A stretch of 64,000 nucleotides of DNA, taken from NCBI GenBank assembly GCA_030265395.1, contig JARFYF010000074.1, forward strand, positions 36,448,588-36,512,587, in the 5' to 3' direction. The translations under genes were made by a program, and so were the position numbers. Positions 63,661-64,000 of the stretch are shown piece by piece. How positions within the stretch are numbered: the stretch's first letter is position 1; each line of letters starts with the position of its first letter. The notes beneath the pieces were generated by a model. The model searched no databases and was not told where the DNA came from. It was given only the letters and a program-made list of their open reading frames with translations. The stretch is from Rhina ancylostomus. Taxonomy: Eukaryota.

Positions 63661-64000
63661 TTAATTGCAAGTATCAGAGCTAAATTTCAATTTAAGATAT
63701 AAATATCTGCATAAATCAAATTGTTCCTCCAAGTTATACCATAGTATTGAAAGAAATTCTATATAAATGTATCTAATATCTAAACCGTAATACCTATTCC
63801 ATCAAGCAACAATAAGCTCCTCTAACATACAGTAACCTTACACTGAACTCCACTGAAGTTATAATGAGGTTAGCCATTTATATTACTACAGCTAGGATAA
63901 ATTTTTTAAATCCTGCTTGTTATTTATTTGAATTAAAACATGTTTCACCAGCTACCAAATAAAGAATAGCAGGTTTTTGGAATAGGTTTGGATTGCTAAT

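Overview
AT-rich vertebrate genomic DNA from a draft assembly with N gaps. The repeat repertoire (CR1, Rex1/Babar, Penelope-like elements, V-SINEs) suggests a cartilaginous fish; this is inference. The main feature is a complete 22-exon rod cGMP phosphodiesterase catalytic subunit gene on the minus strand (CDS 63417 to 23093, 2568 nt, 855 aa). It has two GAF domains, the HDIDH catalytic motif and a C-terminal CaaX box (CHLL). It is most like PDE6A but has several PDE6B-like traits, and it has a CRX/NRL-type promoter and a likely poly(A) site. The left 10 kb holds an intact ORF of at least 301 codons with 11-residue helical repeats and a phase-consistent chain of small exons from an unidentified + strand gene. 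Items worth follow-up: minimal hammerhead-ribozyme motifs in Penelope-like element tails, a ~245-bp-arm inverted duplication, a triple-nested MITE/minisatellite/Penelope structure, a duplicated PDE6 splice donor, and a candidate in-frame cassette exon before the CaaX exon. Paralogue and repeat-family assignments come from recalled sequence knowledge, not database searches; repeat boundaries are approximate.
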